From IMG/VR virus record IMGVR_UViG_2563366883_000017: a stretch of 38,859 bases of DNA; one strand, written 5' to 3'. The translations under genes were made by a program, and so were the position numbers. Every line of letters starts with the position of its first letter. Positions within the stretch are counted from its first letter, which is position 1. Source of the DNA: a virus (lineage: Duplodnaviria; Heunggongvirae; Uroviricota; Caudoviricetes). Below the pieces are notes generated by a model. It was not told the DNA's origin, ran no database searches, and was given only the letters and a program-made list of their open reading frames with translations. Below, in pieces: positions 1-9,795 of this stretch.

Positions 1-1236
1 CTACGATAACCGCGCATTCAACATGGCTACCTGTTCGTCGTTCATGTCATCAATCCACATACCGTAAATTTCATACACCATCTGCGCAGTTTCATGCCCC
101 ATCTGGCTGGCTATAAACGCCGGGTTCGCTCCTGCCGTCAACAGCCAGCAGGCAAAAGTATGCCGCGTATGGTACGGATTACGGCGGCGAATACCAGCAC
201 GTTTTACTGCTGCATTCCATCTCGCACCCAAACTGCTTACCGAGTAATAAGGTTTCTGTTTTCCGTTACACACTCTGGGCATGAAAACAAAATGCAGTTT
301 TTGCTTTTCGGTTCTGCCGTACTCCCGATGATAAAAAGTGATTTCGCTTTTGCGATGATGCCCGGTCAGTTTGTATTGCTCCTTCAGTGCTTCAAGAGCA
401 GGCTGCAGTAGTGTTACCGTCCGGATCCCCGCATTTGTTTTTGGGGGACCGAACATATCCAGTATCGTCAGGTTTCTTCTGACATTCACAACTCCCTTCT
501 CGAAATCCACATCCTCCCACGCCAGAGCAGCCAGTTCCCCGTGACGAAGCCCGGAGTATACGGCAAATTTCCACAAGTTCTGGCTCTGTCCTTTTTCACT
601 TTCCATTAATGCATTGAATTCTGTTTTAGATAACGGGTCAGGCTTTATTCTGTTTCTCTGTAATTTCTTTACTCCTTCAAATGGTTTGGTTGATATAAAT
701 CCCGACTGATACGCAAAACGTAACAACGAACAGAGCAGGGCGATATAGTTATCAACTGTGCGCACGGTTCTTCCTTTTTTGTTGGATCTTGGATTATCCA
801 GGTAAAGCGTTTCTCCATGCAGCAGTTCATTCCGGTAGTTTAAGATATCGCTATAACGAATATGCGATATCGGAGTACTCTCACAAATTATTATCCTGAG
901 TGTTTTTAATTGTGATTTCGTTTTCTTCATTGTGTTTGTTGTTAACTCTGTTTCTTTAATTTTTGTCCAGATATCACAAAGCTCCCCGAACGTTTTTATG
1001 ACCCTCGTTGTCACCATTTTTGCCCCAGTGCTGGACTGGGGAAAACGTCTTAAATACTCAAACTCACCGGAATTGATTTCATGAACTATCAACGCTCTTA
1101 AATTCCCGGCTTTTTTAATGTTACTGTTAGTAACCTCCCAGCCTTTCAATGTTTCCCGATATCGTTTTCCTCGAAACATGAACCAGATGCGAATGTATTT
1201 ACCTCGAATCTCGACACCTGTTGGTAATTTAGACAT
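1..1236 (-). CDS. intR: Prophage integrase (tyrosine recombinase), 411 aa
   Basis: Full-length minus-strand ORF ending at window position 1-3 (TAG). C-terminal tyrosine-recombinase signature visible (HTRHTFACW ... YEIYG). Start overlaps the stop of the upstream xis-like gene. Matches my recollection of Rac IntR. Confidence 0.9.
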   Translation of the reverse strand: MSKLPTGVEIRGKYIRIWFMFRGKRYRETLKGWEVTNSNIKKAGNLRALIVHEINSGEFEYLRRFPQSSTGAKMVTTRVIKTFGELCDIWTKIKETELTTNTMKKTKSQLKTLRIIICESTPISHIRYSDILNYRNELLHGETLYLDNPRSNKKGRTVRTVDNYIALLCSLLRFAYQSGFISTKPFEGVKKLQRNRIKPDPLSKTEFNALMESEKGQSQNLWKFAVYSGLRHGELAALAWEDVDFEKGVVNVRRNLTILDMFGPPKTNAGIRTVTLLQPALEALKEQYKLTGHHRKSEITFYHREYGRTEKQKLHFVFMPRVCNGKQKPYYSVSSLGARWNAAVKRAGIRRRNPYHTRHTFACWLLTAGANPAFIASQMGHETAQMVYEIYGMWIDDMNDEQVAMLNARLS

Positions 1237-1237
1237 A

Positions 1238-1453
1238 TCATGAGTCTTTGATAAACTGATTTATCTTTGGATAGTTATACCAGATAATCCCTCGCTTACT
1301 GTCTGGCTTCCCTAAAGGAGATACTCGTTTGAAGTGGAAGCCTTCCACCCAACAGTTCTGGCGGTATGCTTCAATTTGTCTGGCCCCCAGACCAGTGCGA
1401 AGCATCAGGCCGTATTCAACCATCCACTCTTCATTAAAGATTACTTGTGCCAT
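1238..1453 (-). CDS. ydaQ: Excisionase-like protein, about 71 aa (start taken at MAQVIF)
   Basis: Small ORF immediately upstream of and overlapping integrase start; position and size typical of xis; recalled similarity to Rac YdaQ/XisR. Confidence 0.75.
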   Translation of the reverse strand: MAQVIFNEEWMVEYGLMLRTGLGARQIEAYRQNCWVEGFHFKRVSPLGKPDSKRGIIWYNYPKINQFIKDS

Positions 1454-1552
1454 CGCATCACCTCTGGCAGGCGCCAATGTTAGACTTAAATTGACGCCCG
1501 ATGTTGATTATTAATAATCAGTTATGAAGTTTTAATTTGAATACAATGCAAT

Positions 1553-1753
1553 TCACGAGGACTGAAGTTTCTCGCAATTAAAATTTATCAGTTTTACTTT
1601 CTGCTCTCTGGAAACGCCTGCTTCTTTTTTACCTGAGAGCATTTTTTCGCATTCTGATTTCGTTAGTTTAGATTTTGAATATCTTGTCCAGTTAGTAGGA
1701 GTGCCACCTTCCTTTTCAATAGTGGCGGTAATTTTATACATGAACACCTCCAT
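1553..1753 (-). CDS. ydaC: Small Rac prophage protein YdaC-like (DUF1187)
   Basis: ORF MEVFMYKITATIEKEGG...; start chosen at ATG 1751-1753 rather than the upstream extension, which is the alternate frame of the ralR 3' end. Confidence 0.7.
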   Translation of the reverse strand: MEVFMYKITATIEKEGGTPTNWTRYSKSKLTKSECEKMLSGKKEAGVSREQKVKLINFNCEKLQSS

Positions 1754-1928
1754 TATTATTTCCAGTGGTTCGTTTATTTCATCGTTCGAGTGCTTCTTTT
1801 TCACTTCCACCATAACCGGTTCGGGATTCGCATCCGTTACACTTCGCTCGGTAATATCCTGAAATGGCTTTCACCGTTACTGATGGACAACCACAAAATG
1901 GACATGGTTTAACATTGTCATATCTCAT
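1734..1928 (-). pseudogene. ralR: RalR-like restriction-alleviation protein / type I toxin, frame interrupted by in-frame TGA at 1779-1781 (49 codons, then 14 further in-frame codons to TAA at 1734-1736)
   Basis: Hand translation of minus strand from ATG 1926-1928: MRYDNVKPCPFCGCPSVTVKAISGYYRAKCNGCESRTGYGGSEKEALER-TGA-NKRTTGNNNGGVHV-TAA. The N-terminal Cys-rich sequence matches recalled RalR; the frame stays open after the TGA to a length matching the recalled 64-aa protein. Confidence 0.6.
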
Positions 1929-1983
1929 AATTTTTCTCATAAAAATATTTCAAGTTGGCGGTGCATTACACCGCCAGGCTGAA

Positions 1984-2793
1984 TTATTCCTCTGAATTAT
2001 CGATTACACTGTATTCCCCGGTTAATACAGAGGAATCTGCAGGATCGATTGTCAGTGGTTCCTTTTCATCCATTGATACTGCACGCTGGATCTCAATTGA
2101 TACGGGCAGATATTTGAACAGGCGACGAATAGCCGTTTTCTTTGCCATTTCTTCCCAGTGAGTTACCCACGGCCCGTTATTACCAGCTTTACTCTGGCTG
2201 CGCACCAGCTCAATCTGTTTGCGCGTCATAACTTCAAACTGAGTACCTCCGTCTTTCAGTCTTGCGACAGCATAGACGTGGGTAACAGGGGCATCTTCGT
2301 TTTCTCCTGGGCGGTGTATTAACTTTTCATCAAGGCCAAATTCGAAATTAAACTCGTCACCTTCACGGACAACACGGGCTGACAGGCTGGCGATTTGACC
2401 TGAACGGCGAGCCAGATCAATCATGCCGCGATAGCCAATGATTAGCTGAACGTTTTTTTTACCGCTCTTTTCGTTTTTATTACCAAAAGGCAGTAAATAT
2501 GCATGACCGAGGGCGCTACCGGGCTCAAGTCCGAGCTGTGAACACTGTACGATTGCACTGACAAAACTCATAGTGTCACAGTTTCCTAACGCCGGAACTT
2601 TACGAATTTCTGTGGTGGCGATACGGATCATACGTTCAGCCGTCATATGGCGTGGAAGAGCTGCTGCCAGTTGCTCTTTCATTGATGGCTGGTTAATAAA
2701 ACTAATCACGTCGTTATTTTTAATTGCTGCTGGTGCACGGTTTCCCTGAGTTTTTTGCAGATCGGCTTTTGCGATTGGTGGTTGCTTAGTCAT
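1984..2793 (-). CDS. recT: Recombinase RecT (single-strand annealing protein), 269 aa
   Basis: ORF beginning [16 protein letters not shown]...; immediately downstream of recE with a 2-nt gap; classical recET pair of Rac. Confidence 0.9.
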   Translation of the reverse strand: MTKQPPIAKADLQKTQGNRAPAAIKNNDVISFINQPSMKEQLAAALPRHMTAERMIRIATTEIRKVPALGNCDTMSFVSAIVQCSQLGLEPGSALGHAYLLPFGNKNEKSGKKNVQLIIGYRGMIDLARRSGQIASLSARVVREGDEFNFEFGLDEKLIHRPGENEDAPVTHVYAVARLKDGGTQFEVMTRKQIELVRSQSKAGNNGPWVTHWEEMAKKTAIRRLFKYLPVSIEIQRAVSMDEKEPLTIDPADSSVLTGEYSVIDNSEE

Positions 2794-5386
2794 TTGCATA
2801 TTCCTTAGCCCAGCGGGGCAGTGATAACGTCTTAATAGCTGGCCATTCATCGGTATTGAGGCAGTCAGCCAGGGTTCGCAGATTGCGGTGATATTCCAGC
2901 TGACCTGCCAGTTTTGCTTCTTCGCCCATCATGAAAATTTCAACCGGATAACGTCCGCATTCAATAGTTGTGCTGGCAACCAGAAAAACGAAAGTTGGCT
3001 GCACTCCAAACTGTGCTTCATAACCGTCACTGTAGAATGCATCCTGAACGTGATAGCGGTAGTCGTAATAAGCGGTTTTGAATCGTTGAATATCCGCCGT
3101 AGTTTTCACGTCCATGATCCAGTGAAATTCAGGGATAATTTTGTCCGGACGGCACCGACACAAAATTGCTGTTTCAGGATCTTCCCAGTAAATTGATGAT
3201 TCAGCGTGTCCGGCGCTTTCAACAAGCCATTGCCCCAGCGGCAAAGCCATAACGCTCTGATACATGAGTTCAATTTTCCGGCCTTCTTCGGCAGTGATAA
3301 CCGTTTTTCCTGTGCTTGCGCATTCCCTCAGAAACGCTTTCTCTTCTTCTTTTCCGGAGTTTGTCCGGCGGTTAAATTCAGGTGCTACGATAAAGCGGTT
3401 ACTGAATTCTTCCGGCTCAAGTACCCGGCAGTGGAAAGCGGTTCCTAAATCGAGCGTTTTTGTCTTTGTGGTGTCCACGGGGGCATTTTTACGCCACAAA
3501 TACAGTGCCGGAGTATCAGCAATGTCATCGAGCTGAGACTTACTGACACCGGGACCCGCGTGGTAATTCTCATTCGAAATTCCGTAATAAATACCTGGCT
3601 CTATGTCTTCTACGATTACGGGATCTGCGACTTCGCCAGTTTCATCACTGCAATCGCGATGCGGATCGCTGCCAGCATTCTCATTGTGCGGATGTTCAGC
3701 GCCTTCCATTTCCTCCGGATCATTTTCCTTAGCTTCAACCTGACTCTCTTCATCGAATGTTTCCTGGTATGTTGCGTCGCCCATCACCGCACCACAGTCA
3801 GGGCAGTTATCCCCGCCAGTCTGGCCGCAGGCATTGCAGGCTATTTCCGGTTCCTGTTGCACTACTGGCTCAGGTTGATTCATATCCGGGCTGGTTTTTT
3901 CCGTTTCTGGCTGGTTCTGGTACACACAATCGCGAGTCTGGATCCCCTTTACCCATTTCGGATCGTTCGGGTCGCTAATTCCGTCAACAAATTCACCACG
4001 TGATGCAGCAAGCAATTTATCGGCATCGACAGGATTTTTTGATGGAATGTTTTTCCGGGCTTCATGGAGTTCTGCCCGCAGTTCCTGATATTTCGCATCA
4101 ACAGAATTTACCTGTGACTGAGCATCCAGCGGCTGCGTGTCCTGATGATGTTCAGTTGCGTCCGGTTCCATTGTTTCAGCCTCTCCCTGTTCAACTGCCG
4201 TTGTTCCAGATGGTTGCGGTTTTTCTTCATCATCCTGTTTTCCTTCTTCTGTTACTCGCTGCGGCATCGGGGCAGAGGAGCGACCGCAGGCAATATCCAC
4301 GATTTCCGGATCAGGGTTGGCATGATCGGTTTCAGTCAGTACTTTGTTCAGATATTCAGTGACGTGCGCGGGGATGACCTCGATCCCAATTGGTGCTTCT
4401 TTTACGGACGCAACCACGATGGCGCGGGAATAATCCAGCCCGCCAGGCATGGTGATGAATTTGTCGCGGAAAACAGAAAAGGGCGGTTTATTTTCAGCGA
4501 TAATTTCCTCAATGCGTTTAGCGTGTGCCGGATGAAGGTTATAGATGTCCAGATCCATTGAACGGGCCAGTACGCCAGTGGCTACGTCCCGCGCCAGTGA
4601 CGTCAGATCGTGTACGAAACCTTCGCCGCGATCGGTGAGGTTTCCGCCGCCAGCATTAGCACCGGAAGCCGTGCGAGTGATGTGTGAAACACGATTACCC
4701 TTCATCCACTCTTTTGTCAGCAGTCCTCGATCGGTGTAGTCAGCGTTCAGGTATGCTTCGAAAAAAGCAGTTATCAGTCCCAGGTTTGAATTACCAGGAT
4801 TAGGGAAAACTTTGTCAGTGTCACGAACCAGTTTGTGGAGTTCGCGAATTTCCAGCGGGTCGAGCAGGCTGGTTTTGTGGGAAACAGCCAGGGCAGTAAC
4901 AGCCGGTAGTTCTTCAGCCCGAGCAATGTGTAATGCCTGGAGTCCGTCGCGTGAAACGTGCGTTACCGGTTTTTCGCTGCCGTGTTGAGCAAGCCAACGA
5001 ATGGGCAGTTCCTGGCCAGAAATTGGGAGTAGCATATTCTCCTCAATCTCAGTCATGTCTTCGCCGTTGACGTTGGTATTGCCTTGATAGTGAGCGTTGT
5101 CTGGTGCTGCTCCCGGTTTTAGTTCCCATGTCATGGAGTCTTTGCTGAGTTGATAGCGTTCACTCCAGGTAAAATCGATCTCACCTTCAGCGGGCAGGTC
5201 ATTAACGACAGGAAAATTCGTGGCAACAGCTTTAAAATAGCTGCTCAGTTTTTTACCTGACTTAACGATCAGGTAGTCCAGAGTGGCACAGGTCGATTCA
5301 AAATCGTTGCTTGCCCACAGGACGACGTCAGGTTCACCGGATGATTTTTTCGCTTTCCGTAACAGGAAGAGTGGTTTTGTGCTCAT
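2786..5386 (-). CDS. recE: Exonuclease VIII RecE, 866 aa
   Basis: 866-aa ORF directly upstream of recT on the same strand; length and context match Rac RecE. Confidence 0.9.
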   Translation of the reverse strand: MSTKPLFLLRKAKKSSGEPDVVLWASNDFESTCATLDYLIVKSGKKLSSYFKAVATNFPVVNDLPAEGEIDFTWSERYQLSKDSMTWELKPGAAPDNAHYQGNTNVNGEDMTEIEENMLLPISGQELPIRWLAQHGSEKPVTHVSRDGLQALHIARAEELPAVTALAVSHKTSLLDPLEIRELHKLVRDTDKVFPNPGNSNLGLITAFFEAYLNADYTDRGLLTKEWMKGNRVSHITRTASGANAGGGNLTDRGEGFVHDLTSLARDVATGVLARSMDLDIYNLHPAHAKRIEEIIAENKPPFSVFRDKFITMPGGLDYSRAIVVASVKEAPIGIEVIPAHVTEYLNKVLTETDHANPDPEIVDIACGRSSAPMPQRVTEEGKQDDEEKPQPSGTTAVEQGEAETMEPDATEHHQDTQPLDAQSQVNSVDAKYQELRAELHEARKNIPSKNPVDADKLLAASRGEFVDGISDPNDPKWVKGIQTRDCVYQNQPETEKTSPDMNQPEPVVQQEPEIACNACGQTGGDNCPDCGAVMGDATYQETFDEESQVEAKENDPEEMEGAEHPHNENAGSDPHRDCSDETGEVADPVIVEDIEPGIYYGISNENYHAGPGVSKSQLDDIADTPALYLWRKNAPVDTTKTKTLDLGTAFHCRVLEPEEFSNRFIVAPEFNRRTNSGKEEEKAFLRECASTGKTVITAEEGRKIELMYQSVMALPLGQWLVESAGHAESSIYWEDPETAILCRCRPDKIIPEFHWIMDVKTTADIQRFKTAYYDYRYHVQDAFYSDGYEAQFGVQPTFVFLVASTTIECGRYPVEIFMMGEEAKLAGQLEYHRNLRTLADCLNTDEWPAIKTLSLPRWAKEYAND

Positions 5387-5487
5387 TGTTTTTTAACCTC
5401 AACTCAGATTAAAATTCGTTTTGTTCAGTGAATGATCTTGCCGGATACACACTGTTCATAGCCTGCGCCATACGCAGGCTATTTCTT

Positions 5488-5763
5488 TCAGATTTCACCT
5501 TTTAATTTCATTGCAATTAGAGTTGCCAGAAATTCGGCTTTTTTTTCTGCGGGCAGATTCTTTCCGATATGCACCAGGCACATTTTTTTGACACCTTCAT
5601 CAAGTGTTTTTACGTTGCCTGATGGACCATCGATATCAACCACAGTGAATGGGGTTTCTTTATTTTCTGTTTTAATTACGTAGCCAATGCGCTTTCCTTC
5701 CAGATTCACCTCGTGAACAATGTCATCGGTAGTTACAACAGTGGCTTCATAATTGGTAATCAT
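5488..5763 (-). CDS. racC: RacC-like small protein, 91 aa
   Basis: ORF MITNYEATVVTTDDIVHEVNLEGKR...; position upstream of recE as in Rac. Confidence 0.75.
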   Translation of the reverse strand: MITNYEATVVTTDDIVHEVNLEGKRIGYVIKTENKETPFTVVDIDGPSGNVKTLDEGVKKMCLVHIGKNLPAEKKAEFLATLIAMKLKGEI

Positions 5764-5837
5764 GTTTTTCTCCTTAATTAAGGTTGAGCGAATACCTGCC
5801 ATTTCTGGCATAAATTCAGTTTCGAATAGTCAATTAA

Positions 5838-6008
5838 TTAAAGTTCATGTGCCATCTGGTCTTTTTCGGCACAAGCTTCACTGCAATATTTTCTCGGTTC
5901 GTCTTTTGATAAAATCCCGTGCATGAAGTGAAGCATTCTTTCAATAGCTTTGCTTTCTTCAACGTCTTTTTTGCAAAGGTGGTAAGCACATTTTATTTTC
6001 TTAGTCAT
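5838..6008 (-). CDS. ydaE: YdaE-like Cys-rich small protein, 56 aa
   Basis: Hand-translated from ATG at 6006-6008 on the minus strand: [56 protein letters not shown]; start overlaps the kilR stop. Confidence 0.7.
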   Translation of the reverse strand: MTKKIKCAYHLCKKDVEESKAIERMLHFMHGILSKDEPRKYCSEACAEKDQMAHEL

Positions 6009-6229
6009 CACCATGACTCCGCCTTTACAGGTAAACCATCACGACCGAGGAAGACTTTAATCATGCGGTCAGTAATGCATGTTTTTGTGGTCAGGTTACG
6101 AATATATAGTTTTCGCTTTTTAATATTGTTTGCCGAGGCAATATATGTCCGGCCTTCATGAAGAACATAATCGCCAGGAGTCACACACTGACGTGGTATT
6201 TCATCAGTTCCGAAGTGATGTGCAATCAT
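6008..6229 (-). CDS. kilR: KilR-like cell-division inhibitor, 73 aa
   Basis: [30 protein letters not shown]...; matches recalled Rac KilR; lies in the leftward early operon. Confidence 0.8.
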   Translation of the reverse strand: MIAHHFGTDEIPRQCVTPGDYVLHEGRTYIASANNIKKRKLYIRNLTTKTCITDRMIKVFLGRDGLPVKAESW

Positions 6230-6670
6230 AATTATCTCCATTTTTACAAATGAACTTTGTTGATGCGGTGCCTGGTGCCTCCAGGTGACTGCAACCAGTT
6301 AACAATTACAGTCGGCTTTCCCACCCAAACCAATAAGGACTAACATGACTTTTAACTGTGCCACGTGCGCTTAGCCGCATTCACCGCATCACAAAATTCA
6401 CTTTAAAAAGGGCGGACATCAGCCGAACTTCAAGAAAAAAACTGATGCCGCCAGGACTACACACAGCAATGTCGTTATTTACAACCGGAGGCGCACTCCC
6501 ACCATTTAAATTTAACAGACAAGACCGACTCTTTATGGATATCGGAAATGCGCCTTCGTGTTGTGCCCGGTTTTATTTCACCACCTCCGGGCTTCGGTGG
6601 TCTCGGCTATACCCCTACAGCGAGAGCTTGTGTTAACATTTCAATACCCTTACAGTTGAGAGTTATTGAT

Positions 6671-7159
6671 ATGTTGGATGTATTTACTCCATTGTTGAAA
6701 CTTTTTGCTAACGAGCCACTCGAAATACTTATGTATACGATTATCATTTTTGGTCTCACTCTCTGGCTGATACCGAAAGAGTTTACTGTCGCATTCAATG
6801 CTTATACTGAAATACCTTGGCTCTTTCAGATTATCGTTTTTGCCTTTTCTTTCGTGGTCGCCATTTCCTTCTCAAGATTGCGAGCACATATTCAAAAGCA
6901 TTATTCATTACTACCAGAGCAACGAGTATTGCTTCGTTTATCTGAGAAAGAAATCGCTGTATTTAAAGATTTCCTTAAAACAGGAAATCTTATTATCACT
7001 TCTCCTTGCCGTAACCCGGTTATGAAAAAATTAGAACGGAAGGGCATCATTCAACATCAGAGTGATAGCGCAAACTGTTCTTATTATCTCGTCACCGAAA
7101 AATACTCCCATTTTATGAAGTTATTCTGGAACAGCAGGAGTAGACGTTTTAATCGTTAG
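6671..7159 (+). CDS. sieB: Superinfection exclusion protein SieB-like, 162 aa, membrane protein
   Basis: ATG at 6671 (MLDVFTPLLKLFANEPLEILMYTIIIFGLTLWLIP...); hydrophobic N-terminal segments; orientation opposite to the surrounding early-left genes, as in Rac. Confidence 0.8.
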   Translation: MLDVFTPLLKLFANEPLEILMYTIIIFGLTLWLIPKEFTVAFNAYTEIPWLFQIIVFAFSFVVAISFSRLRAHIQKHYSLLPEQRVLLRLSEKEIAVFKDFLKTGNLIITSPCRNPVMKKLERKGIIQHQSDSANCSYYLVTEKYSHFMKLFWNSRSRRFNR

Positions 7160-7311
7160 CTTACTGTGTGCTTCTCCAACCATCGGCGCGCACCAGTTTC
7201 GGTTTTAAATGTTTTGCTTTTGGTATACGTCATGGCAGTGAACGTTCCATCCTGGTTGGGGAACACGCCGCACACCAGGGATTCGTTGTTGCCGAGGTCG
7301 ATTTTTTGCAT
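7156..7311 (-). CDS. ydaF: Small Rac protein YdaF-like, 51 aa
   Basis: Hand-translated: MQKIDLGNNESLVCGVFPNQDGTFTAMTYTKSKTFKTETGARRWLEKHTVS; its 3' end overlaps the sieB 3' end by 4 nt (convergent). Confidence 0.6.
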   Translation of the reverse strand: MQKIDLGNNESLVCGVFPNQDGTFTAMTYTKSKTFKTETGARRWLEKHTVS

Positions 7312-7321
7312 TTTGCGAATC

Positions 7322-7456
7322 TCACATCTTGTTGCTGTGTATAGCGACTTCTGCCTGCCAGAGATCCCAGTCGTTGCTGCGTAAAGCCTGCACAGCCTGG
7401 TTGTAAGTGATACCGCAACAATCCATCAAATACTGAACTACTTCGTAATGCACCAT
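7322..7456 (-). CDS. ydaG: Small Rac protein YdaG-like, 44 aa
   Basis: ORF MVHYEVVQYLMDCCGITYNQAVQALRSNDWDLWQAEVAIHSNKM; first gene of the leftward early transcript next to the repressor region. Confidence 0.6.
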   Translation of the reverse strand: MVHYEVVQYLMDCCGITYNQAVQALRSNDWDLWQAEVAIHSNKM

Positions 7457-7624
7457 CTTATCTCTCCCCTTAACGCCGGGTGGCGGAACTGAAACCTGCT
7501 GCACTGCAAAATCTGAACCCTGCCGTCATGTTCATACGCCTCGGGCTGGCTACTTAACCCCTGACCACTGCCTGGTAACTCGAAGTATTGCCCTGCGTTC
7601 TGTGGGGCGGGGTGGGTTGGTAGG

Positions 7625-7675
7625 TATATAATGTACTTTGTGTTCATTGATGTAAAGTACTTTAAGTACATTTTG
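7625..7675. promoter_or_regulatory. Left operator/promoter-like region: three copies of ATGTACT / AAGTACT / AGTACAT and a TATAAT hexamer
   Basis: Direct reading: taggTATATAATGTACTttgtg...taAAGTACTTtAAGTACATttt; the same ATGTACT core recurs on the other side of racR (8191, 8215). Confidence 0.4.
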
Positions 7676-7746
7676 TGTGTAAAAAAATGAGATGGGATAA
7701 AGTGAAGCACAAACCCGGAGGGGGACGCTACCGGATTTATGCTGGT

Positions 7747-8166
7747 TTAAGAGGCTTTTTGTTTTTTCTTTCGTGCTAGCTCTTCGTAAATTGCATTGTA
7801 CTTCTGTTTTTTCTCCTCAAGAGTTTTTAAAAGTTCATCTGTCTCACTGTCAGGGAGCTCGTCCAGAAGGTCAATGATGATTTTTTGTCTTGGATTTAAC
7901 TCCTGATAGAAACGTACCTGTCCACTTTCTTCTGTATCCTCTCCCAAAAGATAGGTTGGTGTTGTTCCAATGAGTGTTGCTAATTCCCTTAATTTCTCTC
8001 GGCGAGGAATTGTTTCGCCATTAAACCATTTGCTAACCGCTTTTGGTGTTAATTTCATTCGACGGGCAATTTCTGCCTGCCTTCCATGTTGTTCATAACC
8101 AGCGTTTTCACAGGCTAGCGCAAGCCTACTGGCGAACTCTTTACGCGCTTTATCTTCATGAACCAT
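7747..8166 (-). CDS. racR: Prophage repressor, XRE-family helix-turn-helix, 139 aa
   Basis: ORF MVHEDKARKEFASRLALACENAGYEQHGRQAEIARRMKLTPKAVSKWFNGE... (HTH); divergent from the cro-like ydaS; flanked by repeated operator-like motifs. Confidence 0.8.
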   Translation of the reverse strand: MVHEDKARKEFASRLALACENAGYEQHGRQAEIARRMKLTPKAVSKWFNGETIPRREKLRELATLIGTTPTYLLGEDTEESGQVRFYQELNPRQKIIIDLLDELPDSETDELLKTLEEKKQKYNAIYEELARKKKQKAS

Positions 8167-8187
8167 AAGTTCAATGATATTCGCTCT

Positions 8188-8224
8188 TGAATGTACTGTC
8201 AGTTCTGTTATAGCATGTACTCAA
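8188..8224. promoter_or_regulatory. Right operator-like direct repeats ATGTACT (8191-8197, 8215-8221) in the racR-ydaS divergent intergenic region
   Basis: Direct reading: gaATGTACTgtcagttctgttatagcATGTACTcaaagttcacat; 24-bp spacing; between divergent repressor and cro-like genes. Confidence 0.45.
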
Positions 8225-8245
8225 AGTTCACATTGTGAGGGTGAT

Positions 8246-8500
8246 ATGAACCAGAAAACACTTGAAGATGTAATCAAAACTGTTCGCGTTTCTGTTGTGG
8301 CCGACGTTTGTGGTGTCAGCCAAAGAGCAATCTACAAATGGATGGATAACGGAAAATTGCCTCGCACAGAATATACCGGCGAAACAAATTACGCTGAAAA
8401 AATCGCTCATGCATCAAACGGATTATTTTCTGCTGATGTAATTTTAACTATTGGCAGAAATAAAACTACTACGAAAAAGCTGATGGGAGTTGATTCATGA
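8246..8500 (+). CDS. ydaS: Cro-like / YdaS-like small DNA-binding protein
   Basis: ATG at 8246 (MNQKTLEDVIKTVRVSVVADVCGVSQRAIYKWMDNGKLP..., HTH-like); divergent from racR; stop overlaps ydaT start (ATGA). Confidence 0.7.
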   Translation: MNQKTLEDVIKTVRVSVVADVCGVSQRAIYKWMDNGKLPRTEYTGETNYAEKIAHASNGLFSADVILTIGRNKTTTKKLMGVDS

Positions 8501-8919
8501 AAATCAAGCATGAGCACATCGAGTCAGTGTTGTTAGCCCTGGCAGCCGAAAAAGGGCAGGCATGGGTAGCCAATGCCATTACTGAAGAATATCTGCGCCA
8601 GGGGGGCGGCGAATTGCCCCTGGTACCAGGCAAGGACTGGAATAATCAGCAGAATATCTATCACCGTTGGTTGAAAGGTGAAACGAAAACGCAAAGAGAA
8701 AAAATTCAGAAGCTGATCCCAGCAATTCTGGCAATCCTTCCGCGCGAGCTGCGTCACCGACTCTGCATCTTCGATACCCTGGAACGCCGTGCATTACTGG
8801 CGGCGCAGGAAGCGTTAAGTACGGCAATTGATGCGCATGATGATGCAGTCCAAGCCGTTTACCGGAAAGCGCATTTCAGCGGCGGCGGGTCTTCCGACGA
8901 TTCTGTCATTGTTCATTAA
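8497..8919 (+). CDS. ydaT: YdaT-like protein, 140 aa
   Basis: ORF MKIKHEHIESVLLALAAEKGQAWVANAITEEYL...; translationally coupled to ydaS. Confidence 0.7.
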   Translation: MKIKHEHIESVLLALAAEKGQAWVANAITEEYLRQGGGELPLVPGKDWNNQQNIYHRWLKGETKTQREKIQKLIPAILAILPRELRHRLCIFDTLERRALLAAQEALSTAIDAHDDAVQAVYRKAHFSGGGSSDDSVIVH

Positions 8920-8931
8920 GCAAAAGTTTCC

Positions 8932-9789
8932 ATGCTGTTTGTGCTTATTCTAAGCCACCGGGCAGCATCATACGGGGCAATTATGGCCGCATTACCATAC
9001 ATGCAACTGTACATAGCTGATTACCTGGCTGACACCATGCATTTGTCAGCAGAGGAGCATGGTGCGTATTTGTTGCTGATGTTCAATTACTGGCAAACAG
9101 GAAAGCCAATACCTAAAAACAGGCTGGCAAAAATTGCCCGTCTGACTAACGAGCGATGGGCTGATGTTGAACCATCCTTGCAGGAGTTTTTTTGCGATAA
9201 CGGCGAGGAATGGGTGCATCTTCGGATTGAGGAAGATCTGGCATCAGTCAGGGAAAAATTAACCAAAAAATCAGCCGCAGGAAAAGCATCTGTTCAGGCC
9301 AGAAGAAGCAGAAAGGAAGCAGATGTTCAAACAAAACAAGAGAGAAATTTAACAGGTGTTCAAACAGATGTTGAAGTGGTGTTTGAACATGATGTCAACA
9401 CAAAGGCAACTAATAAAGATACAGATAAAGATCTAAAAACAGGTCCCCCCCTAAATCCCCCCCGGGGGAATCGAGGTGTCAAAAAGTTTGACCCTCTGGA
9501 TATTGCTTTGCCGAACTGGATTTCTGTCTCGCTTTGGCGTGAGTGGGTTGAATTTCGCCAGGCATTGCGAAAACCGATTCGAACGGAGCAGGGCGCTAAC
9601 GGGGCGATACGGGAGCTGGAAAAATTCCGCCAGCAGGGTTTTTCACCTGAGCAGGTGATTCGACACAGCATCGCCAATGAATACCAGGGCTTGTTCGCGC
9701 CGAAAGGTGTTCGACCTGAGACGTTACTCCGACAGGTTAACACCGTCTCGTTACCGGATAGTGCGATCCCGCCAGGCTTCAGGGGGTAA
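8932..9789 (+). CDS. ydaU: Replication initiation protein YdaU-like (DUF1376), 285 aa
   Basis: 285-aa ORF directly upstream of the DnaC-like gene; position equivalent to lambda O. Confidence 0.7.
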   Translation: MLFVLILSHRAASYGAIMAALPYMQLYIADYLADTMHLSAEEHGAYLLLMFNYWQTGKPIPKNRLAKIARLTNERWADVEPSLQEFFCDNGEEWVHLRIEEDLASVREKLTKKSAAGKASVQARRSRKEADVQTKQERNLTGVQTDVEVVFEHDVNTKATNKDTDKDLKTGPPLNPPRGNRGVKKFDPLDIALPNWISVSLWREWVEFRQALRKPIRTEQGANGAIRELEKFRQQGFSPEQVIRHSIANEYQGLFAPKGVRPETLLRQVNTVSLPDSAIPPGFRG

Positions 9790-9795
9790 CTGACC

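Noticed and set aside
2888-4739. Multiple plus-strand ORFs of 60-150 aa (2888..3196, 3206..3536, 3560..4003, 4000..4362, 4145..4561, 4545..4739)
   Set aside because: All lie antisense within the recE coding region, have no SD or start context, and are the expected shadow frames of a long gene.
5458-5490. 10-bp inverted repeat ATAGCCTGCG/CGCAGGCTAT followed by a T-rich stretch between racC and recE
   Set aside because: The T-run follows the hairpin only on the plus strand, whereas both flanking genes are on the minus strand; it is not a terminator for the racC-recE operon. It could be an antisense terminator or an RNA processing site, but I cannot support either.
6580-6615. GC-rich hairpin-like sequence (ACCACC...GGTGGT) upstream of sieB
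   Set aside because: No adjacent T-run and no clear promoter or RNA gene signature; lies in the 5' untranslated region of sieB where the ORF track shows only an unsupported N-terminal extension.
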